Assembly (NCBI GenBank): GCA_046538485.1 | Contig: JBKHIT010000086.1 | Span: forward strand, 1-14,290 | From: Candidatus Brocadiia bacterium | GTDB lineage: Bacteria; Planctomycetota; Brocadiia; SM23-32 | DNA length: 14,290 nucleotides | Direction: 5' to 3' | Part shown: in pieces, positions 1 through 7,502 of the stretch | Position numbering within the stretch: position 1 is the first letter of the stretch | How the letters are laid out: each line of letters starts with the position of its first letter | Position numbers and translations under genes: made by a program | The notes under the pieces: model-generated | Databases searched by the model: none | Told to the model about the DNA's origin: nothing | What the model saw: the letters and a program-made list of their open reading frames with translations, nothing else

Positions 1-1069
1 AGTACTTCACGGCATGAGAGCCTTCTTCAGAAATCTGAACTTTTGTGCCTTCCTGTTTCTTCGCATCGTCTATCTTAAAATACGTGTGGGCCACGCCGGT
101 GAGGTTATCGACGGCGGTGAGGGTGATATCGGCATCCTGGTTGGTCCACTGGCTGTCTCTCTCGTAATTGTCGACGGTGACCGGTGGGCTGTAGTCGGTC
201 ACAAAATGGCTTCTGGCCTCCCGGGGGTTGCCGGCAAAATCCCGGATGGAGAGTTTCAGGCTGTGATGTCCCTCGGCCAGATCGTCGGCGTGCTGGTAGG
301 TCAGCTCCCCGCTTGAGACGTCGTAGCTGTGGTCCAGCTTGCTGCCGTCCAGGACAAGCTCGATCGATGTGGGGTCGACGCCGGAGAGGTTGTCGCTCAG
401 AAGCGCGCTTATCTCGGGGCTGGGGTCTTTTGTCTGCAGGCCATCGACGGGTTTGAGCTGCGCAATCTGGGGTTTGGTGTTATCGAGGGTAATGCTACCC
501 GCAGCGGGCGATATGCGGCCGAGGAGATGTTCCACGGTTTCGGCCGGGGTCTGCATGCGCCAGAAATACTTCGCCCTCACCTCATACGTGTAGCGCCCGT
601 CCGGCAGAGCGGCTCCCGAATCGTCTCGCCCGTCCCAATGCACCTGTATCTGCACGTCGATCCGGCCCGGTTTGCCTTTTTTGTCCGGGGGCTGAGGCAC
701 CTGCACTTCGGTGGTGAGGGTGCGCGCGGGAGTTCCGTCGGGGGCCGATACGACAATCTGCTGGGAGATCAGAGGCTCGTGAACCTGCTGGGCTCCGCCG
801 CGCTGGGGGGCCTCGGGGTGTTCTTTGGCCGAATACTGGCTTGTTATCGTGCTGCTGCCCGCCACCTCGGTGCTGAGCGGGTCGGGCTGGTCGGTGAGAT
901 TCTCAAGCACCAGGTCATTGTCGACCAGATGCTTGTCTCTGCCCGGGGACGATTTTTTCGGTTTGGAGGGTTTTTTCGGTTTGCCCGCCGCGAAAACGCT
1001 CGCTGAAAGACAAATGGCAACAACAATCGCAGCCAGCAGCCGCAAACGACTTCCCGCACATGTGCGCAT
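1..1069 (-). CDS. Secreted/surface protein with an FlgD-like Ig domain followed by Ig-like repeats (Big_3/OmpL47-type); 3'-truncated at the window edge
   Basis: Manually translated open frame of 356 codons from ATG 1069 to the window edge with no stop. GAGGAGG Shine-Dalgarno at 1083-1077, 7 nt upstream. Sec signal peptide MRTCAGSRLRLLAAIVVAICLSASVFA-AG. FlgD_ig-like motif VHWDGRDDSGAALPDGRYTYEVRA. Ig-like units LDNTKPQI...SDNLSGVDPTSIELVLDG...LAEGHHSLKLSIRDFAGN and DYSPPVT...WTNQDADITLTAVDNLTGVAHTYFKID...EEGSHAVKY. Confidence 0.88.
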   Translation of the reverse strand, partial: MRTCAGSRLRLLAAIVVAICLSASVFAAGKPKKPSKPKKSSPGRDKHLVDNDLVLENLTDQPDPLSTEVAGSSTITSQYSAKEHPEAPQRGGAQQVHEPLISQQIVVSAPDGTPARTLTTEVQVPQPPDKKGKPGRIDVQIQVHWDGRDDSGAALPDGRYTYEVRAKYFWRMQTPAETVEHLLGRISPAAGSITLDNTKPQIAQLKPVDGLQTKDPSPEISALLSDNLSGVDPTSIELVLDGSKLDHSYDVSSGELTYQHADDLAEGHHSLKLSIRDFAGNPREARSHFVTDYSPPVTVDNYERDSQWTNQDADITLTAVDNLTGVAHTYFKIDDAKKQEGTKVQISEEGSHAVKY

Positions 1070-1302
1070 ACTAATGCCTCCTCACACCTCTCAAGTCGGG
1101 CGACTCCCCATCTGCCCACAGCTTCGGGGCGTCTCGCTGCACAAGACACCCTGCGCCCGCCGAATCGGAATTCATTGTCAAAGTCTGTGCTGTCCTGCAA
1201 AGATCTTGATGCGAAACCCCGCCCGGCGGTTTCGATGTTTTTAAGTTGCCCGGGAAGCTGCCACATACTGCCGTGTCGGCCGTCTCCCGATTGGCACTTG
1301 TT

Positions 1303-1330
1303 ATTATAGGGAGCGGAGCTGAAGAATCAA
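1303..1330 (-). promoter_or_regulatory. Sigma70-type promoter for the Ig-repeat gene
   Basis: Minus strand TTGATT (1330-1325), 16-bp spacer, TATAAT (1308-1303), pointing toward ATG 1069. Confidence 0.6.
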
Positions 1331-1420
1331 GAGTTAATTTGGAAGAATTCTATAATGCGGCTTAATGCACGGAATGATGCCCGGAGCCGGTCGCCTGAAT
1401 GGATAGGGGTTTCGCCTGGC

Positions 1421-1458
1421 AATAAAAAAGCGGGCGGACCCGGGTAGATCCGCCCGCT
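1421..1458 (-). terminator. Rho-independent terminator with no upstream minus-strand CDS
   Basis: Minus strand AGCGGGCGGA-TCTACCCGGG-TCCGCCCGCT-TTTTTATT: perfect 10-bp GC-rich stem (1458-1449 with 1438-1429) followed by a U-tract. No U-tract follows the stem on the plus strand. Confidence 0.75.
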
Positions 1459-1595
1459 GAGGGGCATCTGCCGAGGAGGGGGAACTCACCCGACAGCGCG
1501 TGGTGCTAAAGGGATTATTGAGGGCAGTCTTGAAGAACAGCAATTGGCAGGGGCAGTTGTCTCAGGAACCGAAGTCCGGTCCCTTTGAGGCAAGT
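1421..1595 (-). ncRNA. Candidate unannotated small RNA of about 175 nt; 5' end uncertain
   Basis: 5' hairpin (1593-1557), C-rich linker, hairpin with a UUCCCC loop (1496-1468) and an intrinsic terminator. G-U pairs favour folding on the minus strand. No credible CDS. Not recognised as a known RNA family. Confidence 0.4.
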
Positions 1596-1657
1596 TGGGG
1601 AGTTACGAAACAGAACTTGTACGAACCGTTGCCAGTGCCTGAATTTTTCGGCGCGAC

Positions 1658-1686
1658 TTGACGGAGAGGTCCTGCGTTTTTACCAT
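1658..1686 (+). promoter_or_regulatory. Sigma70-type promoter for the PPC-domain gene
   Basis: TTGACG (1658-1663), 17-bp spacer, TACCAT (1681-1686). SD AAGGAG at 1713-1718 precedes ATG 1725. Confidence 0.6.
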
Positions 1687-1724
1687 GTTTTTCGTTCCGA
1701 GAAGCGAATTTCAAGGAGCGACTA

Positions 1725-2174
1725 ATGAAAATCACGGGCGGCATGCAGGTCGATGAAGTGATTTGTGTCGGTCTGGAGTACGGCGACGATTTTCACGAAT
1801 GTGTGGAACAAGTGGCCCGGGAGATGGATATCCGTTCCGGTGTGGTTTTGAGCGGGGTGGGGACTTTTTACAAAGCCTGCATCCACTATGTGACACATAC
1901 AGATTTCCCATCAGATGATCGATATGCGGAACTGGAGGGCCCGATTGAACTTGTTTCGGTTTCAGGGATTATCGCGGATTACGAGCCGCATATGCATTGT
2001 TCGATGGCGATTCGGGGTAAAGAACCGTTCATCGGACATCTTGAGCCCGGTTGCAAGATACTGTATCTGGGCGAGGTGGTGATTGCCCGGATTACAGGCA
2101 AGGTGCTGTTACGCAGGAACCATCCGCATTACGGAACCCCGATGCTTGTTGCGGAAGAAAATGAGCTGGATTAA
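1725..2174 (+). CDS. PPC domain (DUF296 / AF0104-like) protein
   Basis: 149 aa with family motifs LEYGDDF, SGVVLSGVGT, LEGPIELVSVSGII, PHMHCS (HxH) and FIGHLEPG. AAGGAG SD present. Confidence 0.88.
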   Translation: MKITGGMQVDEVICVGLEYGDDFHECVEQVAREMDIRSGVVLSGVGTFYKACIHYVTHTDFPSDDRYAELEGPIELVSVSGIIADYEPHMHCSMAIRGKEPFIGHLEPGCKILYLGEVVIARITGKVLLRRNHPHYGTPMLVAEENELD

Positions 2175-2246
2175 GATCCTGCGCACAGTGATGAGGGGAA
2201 GGCTATTTTTCACGTTAGGTTTTTTGGAAGGAAATTGGAAAAGGCC

Positions 2247-2277
2247 TTGAAGTACAATCCCTCGAATCTGTTATAAT
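2247..2277 (+). promoter_or_regulatory. Extended -10 promoter for the lipoprotein gene
   Basis: TG-T-TATAAT at 2269-2277 (TGn extended -10). TTGAAG at 2247-2252 has a suboptimal 19-bp spacer. SD GGAGGAG at 2325-2331. Confidence 0.55.
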
Positions 2278-2340
2278 TAATTGTTCTGTCAGGGGGAAAG
2301 TTGTTGGTTTCGGGCGCGTTCGGCGGAGGAGCGATAAGAT

Positions 2341-2964
2341 ATGAAGCGGAAACTAATGGTGTGCTTGGTGGTTGCTATCGTCGGATTTGGTGGTTCTGGC
2401 TGTTCTTATATAGCCAATTACGCCGGGAATCGCGGGGCGGACTTTGTTGATATATGGCGGGCAGAAGCGACCGTTGGCCCCGGTCTCGATGCTCATGTTC
2501 AGCTAACCAGCCTGCTGGGGACCGCATTCGGTTATTCCAAACAGTATGGGGCCATGTTGCACGGTCGTTATACGGGACTTGGAAGCCGTGACTCGAGCGG
2601 GATTATTGTCATGGGATCTACGAAAGTGGATCACGATTTTATGATCCCAGTTTATGGTCGCGGCGATTATGATCCCCCCTCGCGGAGTTGGATTGCATTC
2701 CTGAGATGGCCTCCGTTCCGCCCGGCGTTGCGGCCGAGAGAATGGCCCAGACTCCTCGATATCGAGGTGGGGGCGTCCGCTCTGGTTGGCGTTCATTTTG
2801 GGTTCAGTCCTATTGAGCTGGTGGACTTTCTTATCGGCTGGACGACGATCGATATTTGCGGGGATGACAACCATCCGTATTACAAAGCTGAGCACCTTCC
2901 CCCTCTTCCAGAAATTCCTCCTGTGGAAGGCGCTTGTTTGGTCCGCGAAGAGACGGATTACTGA
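2341..2964 (+). CDS. Putative lipoprotein of unknown function
   Basis: 207 aa with strong SD. Basic N-terminus, hydrophobic stretch and lipobox-like GSG-C21. Segments NRGADFVDI and FSPIELVDFLIGWTTIDICGDD look family-conserved. The 3' end overlaps the convergent CBM9-like gene by 7 nt (2958-2964). Confidence 0.8.
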   Translation: MKRKLMVCLVVAIVGFGGSGCSYIANYAGNRGADFVDIWRAEATVGPGLDAHVQLTSLLGTAFGYSKQYGAMLHGRYTGLGSRDSSGIIVMGSTKVDHDFMIPVYGRGDYDPPSRSWIAFLRWPPFRPALRPREWPRLLDIEVGASALVGVHFGFSPIELVDFLIGWTTIDICGDDNHPYYKAEHLPPLPEIPPVEGACLVREETDY

Positions 2965-3614
2965 AATATCAGTTCGCCAAAATATTCCGGTCGGTGAAAG
3001 TCAGGTCCGGGGGAAGAGATAGCGTTCCAACAAAGATGGTAGGGGGGCGTTGGATCCCCACATCGGTAAAAATTCGCCCGCCAGCGCGTGCCTTTATCAA
3101 CTGCGACCGGGATACCTGCCATTTCGGACAATGTTTTGAACGGAAGAGCTGCCTGGAGAGTCCATTCATTGTCGACCGGACATACTGCTTTGGTCGGTCC
3201 CGGAATGGTGCTGATTACCTTGATTTTGTCGACGATCTGATTTCCTGCGAGGCGTCTGTCATTTCTGTGTGAGCCGTAACCGAGGTGAATCGTGCCGCAA
3301 CAGTTCATTTCGAGGTTGAAATAACGCCCGTCATCTTCCTGAAGGGAAGCAAAGAATTCCACACAGCTATCCAGGCAAACGGCGCTGTTGAAACGTGTGC
3401 GGGTCGCGTGGATCTGATCGGCCTTGCACTGAAATAAAATGTGCAGTCTGCGCGGCGTGTAAGCTGCGCGGACGGTAGTGATCCGAAGACGTTCGCCTTC
3501 ATACCAGGGATGGCAGGCTAAATGCACCGGAGTGATTTCTTCCCAGGGGCCCATTGGGGGAGTTCCGCGACATTCGATTTCGGAAGGAACCGGCTGGATA
3601 CGGTAGGATTTCAC
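2958..3614 (-). CDS. Carbohydrate-binding family 9-like (CBM9/DOMON-like) protein
   Basis: 218 aa, GTG start with GGAG SD. Motifs DSCVEFF, YFNLEMNCCG, WTLQAALPF, WRANFYRCGD and PDFHRPEYFGEL are typical of CBM9-like proteins. No signal peptide. Confidence 0.88.
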   Translation of the reverse strand: MKSYRIQPVPSEIECRGTPPMGPWEEITPVHLACHPWYEGERLRITTVRAAYTPRRLHILFQCKADQIHATRTRFNSAVCLDSCVEFFASLQEDDGRYFNLEMNCCGTIHLGYGSHRNDRRLAGNQIVDKIKVISTIPGPTKAVCPVDNEWTLQAALPFKTLSEMAGIPVAVDKGTRWRANFYRCGDPTPPYHLCWNAISSPGPDFHRPEYFGELIFQ

Positions 3615-3686
3615 GAAAACTCCAGGGTATGCTCAAAACGGGGCGGACTATGCGCGGAATTCGATCTGTAACTTTGAGCGGGAAGA

Positions 3687-3710
3687 CATCAGACCTCTAT
3701 AGATCCGATG
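3687..3710. promoter_or_regulatory. Imperfect inverted repeat abutting the -10 box; candidate operator
   Basis: CATCAGACCT-CTAT-AGATCCGATG: 8 of 10 arm positions complementary. Covers the predicted transcription start of the 3711-3739 promoter. Confidence 0.4.
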
Positions 3711-3739
3711 ATTATATGATTACTCCGCAACTATAGCAA
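3711..3739 (-). promoter_or_regulatory. Sigma70-type promoter for the CBM9-like gene
   Basis: Minus strand TTGCTA (3739-3734), 17-bp spacer, TATAAT (3716-3711). Confidence 0.65.
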
Positions 3740-3765
3740 GGCTGTGAGGTCGTTGACATGATAAC

Positions 3766-3774
3766 GGGGGGGGG
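3766..3774 (+). repeat. Intergenic G9 homopolymer tract
   Basis: Nine consecutive G between a plus-strand TTGACA (3753-3758) and TAGGTT (3776-3781). Confidence 0.9.
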
Positions 3775-3779
3775 ATAGG

Positions 3780-5789
3780 TTACCAGAAACCAATGAAGTA
3801 TCCGCCTTCGGAGGTCTGGGTTGCGCGCCAACCGGTGACGGCAAGGGCGCCCCATACGGCGGCGATAAAGAAGTGGCTCAGCACGAGCCCGAGGAAAAAA
3901 TTCTTGGCTTTTTTATGGGCGGCGCCACCAAAGTACTTGAGGATAATCCATTTGATCAACCAGATGGCGAAAATCGGGCCAAAAACACGATAACCGATTG
4001 CGCAGGCGATGACGTAGCCAATAGGGTGGAATGGGAACCAGTAGAAACGTCTGAGGTAAGTCAGCACGCCGGTGATTACGGCACCTAAACCTCCCATGGT
4101 CAGCTTGAAACCTTCTGGTCCGCTCTCACGGTTTACAGCATTGATGAGCCCTTTGAGTCGCCATGCGGACGGGGTTTTACCGACGTTGAGGGCGCCATAT
4201 TTGTAGAAAGCTGTCACGTGCGTGAGGTTCACCAGGACCAAACCGAAGGCGACAGCAACCACGGCCAGAACGGCCCATCGACGTGTGCCCAGCCCCGTCT
4301 TCTCCGCCAGTTTGAATGCATCAGCATGATGAGGGGCCAGGAAAGTGGCGCTGAAAAGGAAGGACATGAACCAGAAGGCGGCGACACTTTGCATCCCGCT
4401 TGCGGCCAGTGCGGCCCCTCCAACGAACCAGATGATATTCTGAACATTGCCGACATGGAAATAAATAATAGGCATGCCGGCCTGGGCCCGGATACGCATC
4501 ATTACAAGGGCACGGATCAAGAGCACGGCCAACATTACCAGTGCAAGCCACAGAGCCATGCCGAGTTTAAGCATGATGAAGATGAGACCAACGCCTGCAA
4601 CCACGAAAGCTGCAAGAGTCCATGGGCCAGCTTCATTGATATTAGCTTCTTTCTCGCTTGATGGTAGCAAATGGCGGAAAACGGCGCCCAGGCGCTTGCG
4701 TGCGGCCCACAGAATGGAGGCGGCGACGACAACGTAGGCGCCGGTGGCCTGCTGTTCCCCGAGTTTAAACACTTCGGCACGCGAGGTGGAGGTGGTACCG
4801 ACTATGAAGACGGCACCGAATTTCAGCACAAGAAACCATACCCAGATGCTGAGGAGTATGTCCATTGAGACAAGATAGCCGAGACCAAAGATGATGGGGT
4901 TGAGCCGGATTTGCCACATCCCCACAGCGTTCCAGGGGGAAGAGTCAAAATAGGATGCGGCGTTCAGCCACGCTTTTGGGACCGGCCATTCGGCCCGCAA
5001 AGCCGGAATAATGTAGAAAAGGTTGAAGATCAAAGCGCCCAGTGCACCCAGCCAGAAGATTTTGTTTCCGAAAATAGAATCGCCCGAGCGAGCCGATTTC
5101 CTGTCGGGTTCCACAAGATTCAAAGCGAATTCTGCCACCGGATAGATCAGGCGTTCATCCTCGGACCATCTTTCGTGCAAAAATCGCATCATGCAAATAA
5201 TCAGCACATACACAAACAGCATACTGAGGCCGATCGTGAGCATAGGGAGGAACCAGTCCGACCACGGAATACCGTTGCTGCTTTTTTCCCAAAAGGCTGT
5301 GACGACATTCGGGTCAGTGGGAGCCAACCAGGAGGGGATGAAATCGCGGATTGGCTCGAATGTCGCATCCTCGGAGTACTGCGGGGAAAGAAGATGGGCA
5401 AGGTTGCTGCGATACAAATTGATAAAACCAATGGAGACGCTCACACTTACGAATGCATAAACGGTGATAATCTGAGTGCTGGAAATTTTCAGTATTTTAG
5501 ACAGGCGTCGCAGCACTAAACGCATTCCGACGAGGAACAGCAGAGCCGCAACAGCCGGTATGGGGGGGACGGCTTCGCATAAGCCGGCGGAAATATCCGG
5601 GAAAGTGGCCCATTTCAACCAGAAAGCTCCGACGGTGGAAAAGAACAGGCACAGGATAATAGTTACAAACCATCCGCCCGCGCCGAGGGCGGTTTCATTG
5701 TTTTTTGTTGGATTGTCGATTGTGTTTTCACTCATATCAAGGGGCTGGTGCGTCCAGCGTGCTTTTGAATTCAGTGATTGAGGCCGCAT
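3780..5789 (-). CDS. DUF6785/DUF6784-family polytopic membrane protein (putative transporter)
   Basis: 669 aa with many hydrophobic helices. Motifs IPWSDWFLP, RWSEDERLIYPVAEF, IFGLGYLVSMDILLSIW, RIRAQAGMP, FYKYGA, WFPFHPIGY and WLIKWIILKYFGG...FFLGL match my recollection of this family. The true start may be the second Met (5735, MSENT). Confidence 0.78.
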   Translation of the reverse strand: MRPQSLNSKARWTHQPLDMSENTIDNPTKNNETALGAGGWFVTIILCLFFSTVGAFWLKWATFPDISAGLCEAVPPIPAVAALLFLVGMRLVLRRLSKILKISSTQIITVYAFVSVSVSIGFINLYRSNLAHLLSPQYSEDATFEPIRDFIPSWLAPTDPNVVTAFWEKSSNGIPWSDWFLPMLTIGLSMLFVYVLIICMMRFLHERWSEDERLIYPVAEFALNLVEPDRKSARSGDSIFGNKIFWLGALGALIFNLFYIIPALRAEWPVPKAWLNAASYFDSSPWNAVGMWQIRLNPIIFGLGYLVSMDILLSIWVWFLVLKFGAVFIVGTTSTSRAEVFKLGEQQATGAYVVVAASILWAARKRLGAVFRHLLPSSEKEANINEAGPWTLAAFVVAGVGLIFIMLKLGMALWLALVMLAVLLIRALVMMRIRAQAGMPIIYFHVGNVQNIIWFVGGAALAASGMQSVAAFWFMSFLFSATFLAPHHADAFKLAEKTGLGTRRWAVLAVVAVAFGLVLVNLTHVTAFYKYGALNVGKTPSAWRLKGLINAVNRESGPEGFKLTMGGLGAVITGVLTYLRRFYWFPFHPIGYVIACAIGYRVFGPIFAIWLIKWIILKYFGGAAHKKAKNFFLGLVLSHFFIAAVWGALAVTGWRATQTSEGGYFIGFW

Positions 5790-5842
5790 GATACCCGAAA
5801 ATATCGTGCCATTTCAATTTGGCTATCCGCCGAAACCTGGTA

Positions 5843-7375
5843 TTATTCAAAGCGCATTTCAAATAGATCGGCGGCTGCCATGCGCACTCGGAACGAGACG
5901 GGTTCGCTTTCTTTCCGGGGAATTTCGGTTTTGCCGTTCCATGAAACGGTATGGTCCAGAAAATCACCATTGACGGAATCACAATCCTCGAAGGTGTAGC
6001 CCGATAAAGCCTGATTGTTCTGCCCGACTATTTCGACGACTATTTGTCCGACATGTTGCGTTCGGGCGTTCAGGACCAGTTTTGTGCCAGAAAAGACGAC
6101 GTCCGGTGTGCGGAATTGACCCTTTTCGGGGGCTTTGAGTGCTACGAGTCTTCCCCTATCCCACAGAGCCCATGCAAGCTCGCCCAGCGGACGCCTTCGC
6201 GGGTGCTTGTGGGGAATCCTGTACCCGGTAAAAGAGACGCCTACGCGGTCATCTGGAAGCTCAATCATTCCACATCCCATGGTTACTCCACCACTGTCAA
6301 AAGAATCTCTCGGCCCGGGTTCCAGGACTTCGTTATCCGGGGAAAAACTCCAAATTATGCCATCAGGACTCGCAGCCAGGTGGACATGGAAGTGGTCTTT
6401 GGCAACACACCATCGCCAGGGGAACATCAGATGGTAATCCTCTGTCCCGGGATAAACGGTTTTAGCGTTTCCGTACCAGAGATCGGCCGGGCCGACATTT
6501 CCGCCTGGCCAGATGAGAGGGTCCGGAAGGGGAAAATGATGAAAATCATTGCTCGCAGAACGCCCGATTGAGCGCTTCCCCATAATCCACATACGCAGAT
6601 ATGCTACGTACTGGCCAAGCTGAGAATCATAATAGGCAATGTTCTGGGTATCACTTGTTTGAATGGAGAGAGGATCGGAGATGGGTGACCAGAATATACC
6701 ATCGGGAGAGACTGCTCCGCACACAGCGTAATGGGCCTGATGCGTAACACTGAAGGGGTCGATGTCGCCGTCAAGTTCGTGTTTATAATGATCAAGCTGG
6801 TTTTCCGAAAGCGATCCAAGATGGATAATTTTGAACCGCGTTTCAGCAGGTGCGCTGGGATCAACGAAAACACTTCCCCCATGAAATCCCCAGGGTGGGG
6901 CTGACGGGCCACCATATACGATGTTGTTTTCGCGATCTCCGGCGAACTGTACGGCGCCGAGATTGGGACGTGACCACTCGAAACCGTCATCGCTTTCCGC
7001 ATAGCACAGAACATTGTGCTGATTTCCCTCCGCGGTTGAAATGCTTTCCGTGGGGGTAACTTCGTACCACAGGCGGTAACGCCCCTGATGCTTCATTACT
7101 GTCGATCCAGAAATCATGCCTTCCCACGGGGCCTCGCAGCGCAGGAAAGATTCTGATTTCCGTGCAGGTTGGGTTTCGAGGCAGATACCCCAGGGATTAT
7201 CGGTTTCACACCAGTGTAACGGCGGCAAATCTTCCTCTCCCCAGAGACTCCAGGCTTCGCCGCTTTTGTCTTCCCACCGTGTACCACCGTGCTGGACGTA
7301 TCGCCAGTCATGGAAAAATATGCGGTTGGATCTCAGGTTGAAAGGTTCAAACACTCCATGATACGGGGTGCGCAT
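5843..7375 (-). CDS. Beta-propeller glycoside hydrolase-like protein (GH32/43/130-like fold, Asp-box repeats) with a C-terminal beta domain
   Basis: 510 aa with AGAGG SD. Asp-box-like motifs YAESDDGFEWSRP, AVSPDGIFWS, RSASNDFHHF and AASPDGIIWS. Also YRLWYE, VFVDP, SDTQNIAYYD and C-terminal LVLNA...IVVEIV...GYTFEDCDSVNGDFLDHTVSW. No signal peptide. Substrate unknown. Confidence 0.75.
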   Translation of the reverse strand: MRTPYHGVFEPFNLRSNRIFFHDWRYVQHGGTRWEDKSGEAWSLWGEEDLPPLHWCETDNPWGICLETQPARKSESFLRCEAPWEGMISGSTVMKHQGRYRLWYEVTPTESISTAEGNQHNVLCYAESDDGFEWSRPNLGAVQFAGDRENNIVYGGPSAPPWGFHGGSVFVDPSAPAETRFKIIHLGSLSENQLDHYKHELDGDIDPFSVTHQAHYAVCGAVSPDGIFWSPISDPLSIQTSDTQNIAYYDSQLGQYVAYLRMWIMGKRSIGRSASNDFHHFPLPDPLIWPGGNVGPADLWYGNAKTVYPGTEDYHLMFPWRWCVAKDHFHVHLAASPDGIIWSFSPDNEVLEPGPRDSFDSGGVTMGCGMIELPDDRVGVSFTGYRIPHKHPRRRPLGELAWALWDRGRLVALKAPEKGQFRTPDVVFSGTKLVLNARTQHVGQIVVEIVGQNNQALSGYTFEDCDSVNGDFLDHTVSWNGKTEIPRKESEPVSFRVRMAAADLFEMRFE

Positions 7376-7502
7376 GACCGTTGCCTCTATTTAAAATCGC
7401 GGGCCGTCTCGCCAGTTGTTGGTCGCTCTCTGGCATTCGATGCTCCATACAGATAATTGTTTCCCGGGTTTGGCTCTTGGCGATAGTGAGTCTTTCTTCG
7501 TT

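Noticed and set aside
14..1266. ORFs 14..316, 184..456, 329..1006, 339..593 and 825..1244 (+) and 844..1266 (-)
   Set aside because: Shadow or alternative-frame ORFs over the real minus-strand gene 1..1069, which has an SD, a signal peptide and recognisable domains.
1084..1299. c-di-GMP or other known riboswitch upstream of the surface-protein gene
   Set aside because: I could not match the conserved c-di-GMP-I elements or other familiar aptamer motifs. Kept only as an unnamed structured leader.
1351..1356. Perfect plus-strand TATAAT
   Set aside because: No -35 at 16-18 bp and no TGn extension. The PPC gene has a better promoter at 1658-1686.
1334..1744. Short minus-strand ORFs 1334..1543 and 1562..1744
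   Set aside because: No convincing SD or protein-like composition. The first runs through the terminator hairpin and the second overlaps the PPC gene start and promoter.
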